Part shown: piece after piece, positions 63,850 to 64,000 of the stretch
Position numbering within the stretch: position 1 is the first letter of the stretch
Layout: every line of letters begins with the position of its first letter
Assembly (NCBI RefSeq): GCF_018977255.1
Contig: NW_024704761.1
Coordinates: 6,946,001-7,010,000 of the forward strand
Direction: 5' to 3'
DNA: 64,000 nucleotides
Source: Callorhinchus milii
Lineage: Eukaryota
Translations under genes and position numbers: made by a program
The notes under the pieces: generated by a model
What the model was told of the DNA's origin: nothing
Databases searched by the model: none
Seen by the model: only the letters and a program-made list of their open reading frames with translations

Positions 63850-64000
63850 ATAATAATAATAATAATTGATAATCATCCGTGCATTTGATTCAACGCCTTA
63901 TCACGTCATCGAGACGTTTCAAAGCGCTTCACAGAATATACTGTAAAGGGAATTGACTGTATAATTTATGGGTGAAACACGGCAGCCAATTGCACACAGT
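63850..64000 (-). mobile_element. SINE (B tail), runs off the window end
   Basis: gccttatcacgtcatcgagacgtttcaaagcgcttcacag...ggcagccaattgcacacag. Confidence 0.9.

Overview
Vertebrate genomic DNA, most likely a cartilaginous fish (chimaera/shark type, inferred from the repeat families), not prokaryotic. Bases 1 to ~19.4 kb hold the last five coding exons and a ~5 kb repeat-free putative 3' UTR of a + strand BAH-domain chromatin reader gene of the BAHCC1/TNRC18 family; BAHCC1 is the better fit, but several motifs look TNRC18-like. All splice sites are canonical GT-AG and phase-compatible, but the largest exon has one extra base near 10526-10538 (+1 frameshift, probably an assembly error). From ~19.4 to 64 kb I recognise no protein-coding gene, only dense retroposons and several repeat-free, homeodomain-motif-rich blocks that resemble conserved enhancers. 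The dominant repeat is a composite SINE: tRNA-Ala head, CORE-like segment, 3' Deu segment, L2-type stem-loop tail and (ATT)n. It has long and short subfamilies, a tail-loop switch matching a local L2 LINE, and nested insertions. Older full Deu-domain SINEs and CR1 and L2 fragments are also present. Small structural oddities include a 22-bp inverted repeat pair, a perfect 16-bp hairpin inside a CR1 relic, a ~65-bp direct repeat, a templated insertion and a fold-back SINE. I found no clearly novel biological system; the modular SINE/L2 system and the paralog identity of the BAH gene most merit follow-up. Family and paralog assignments rest on recalled consensus sequences, not database searches.
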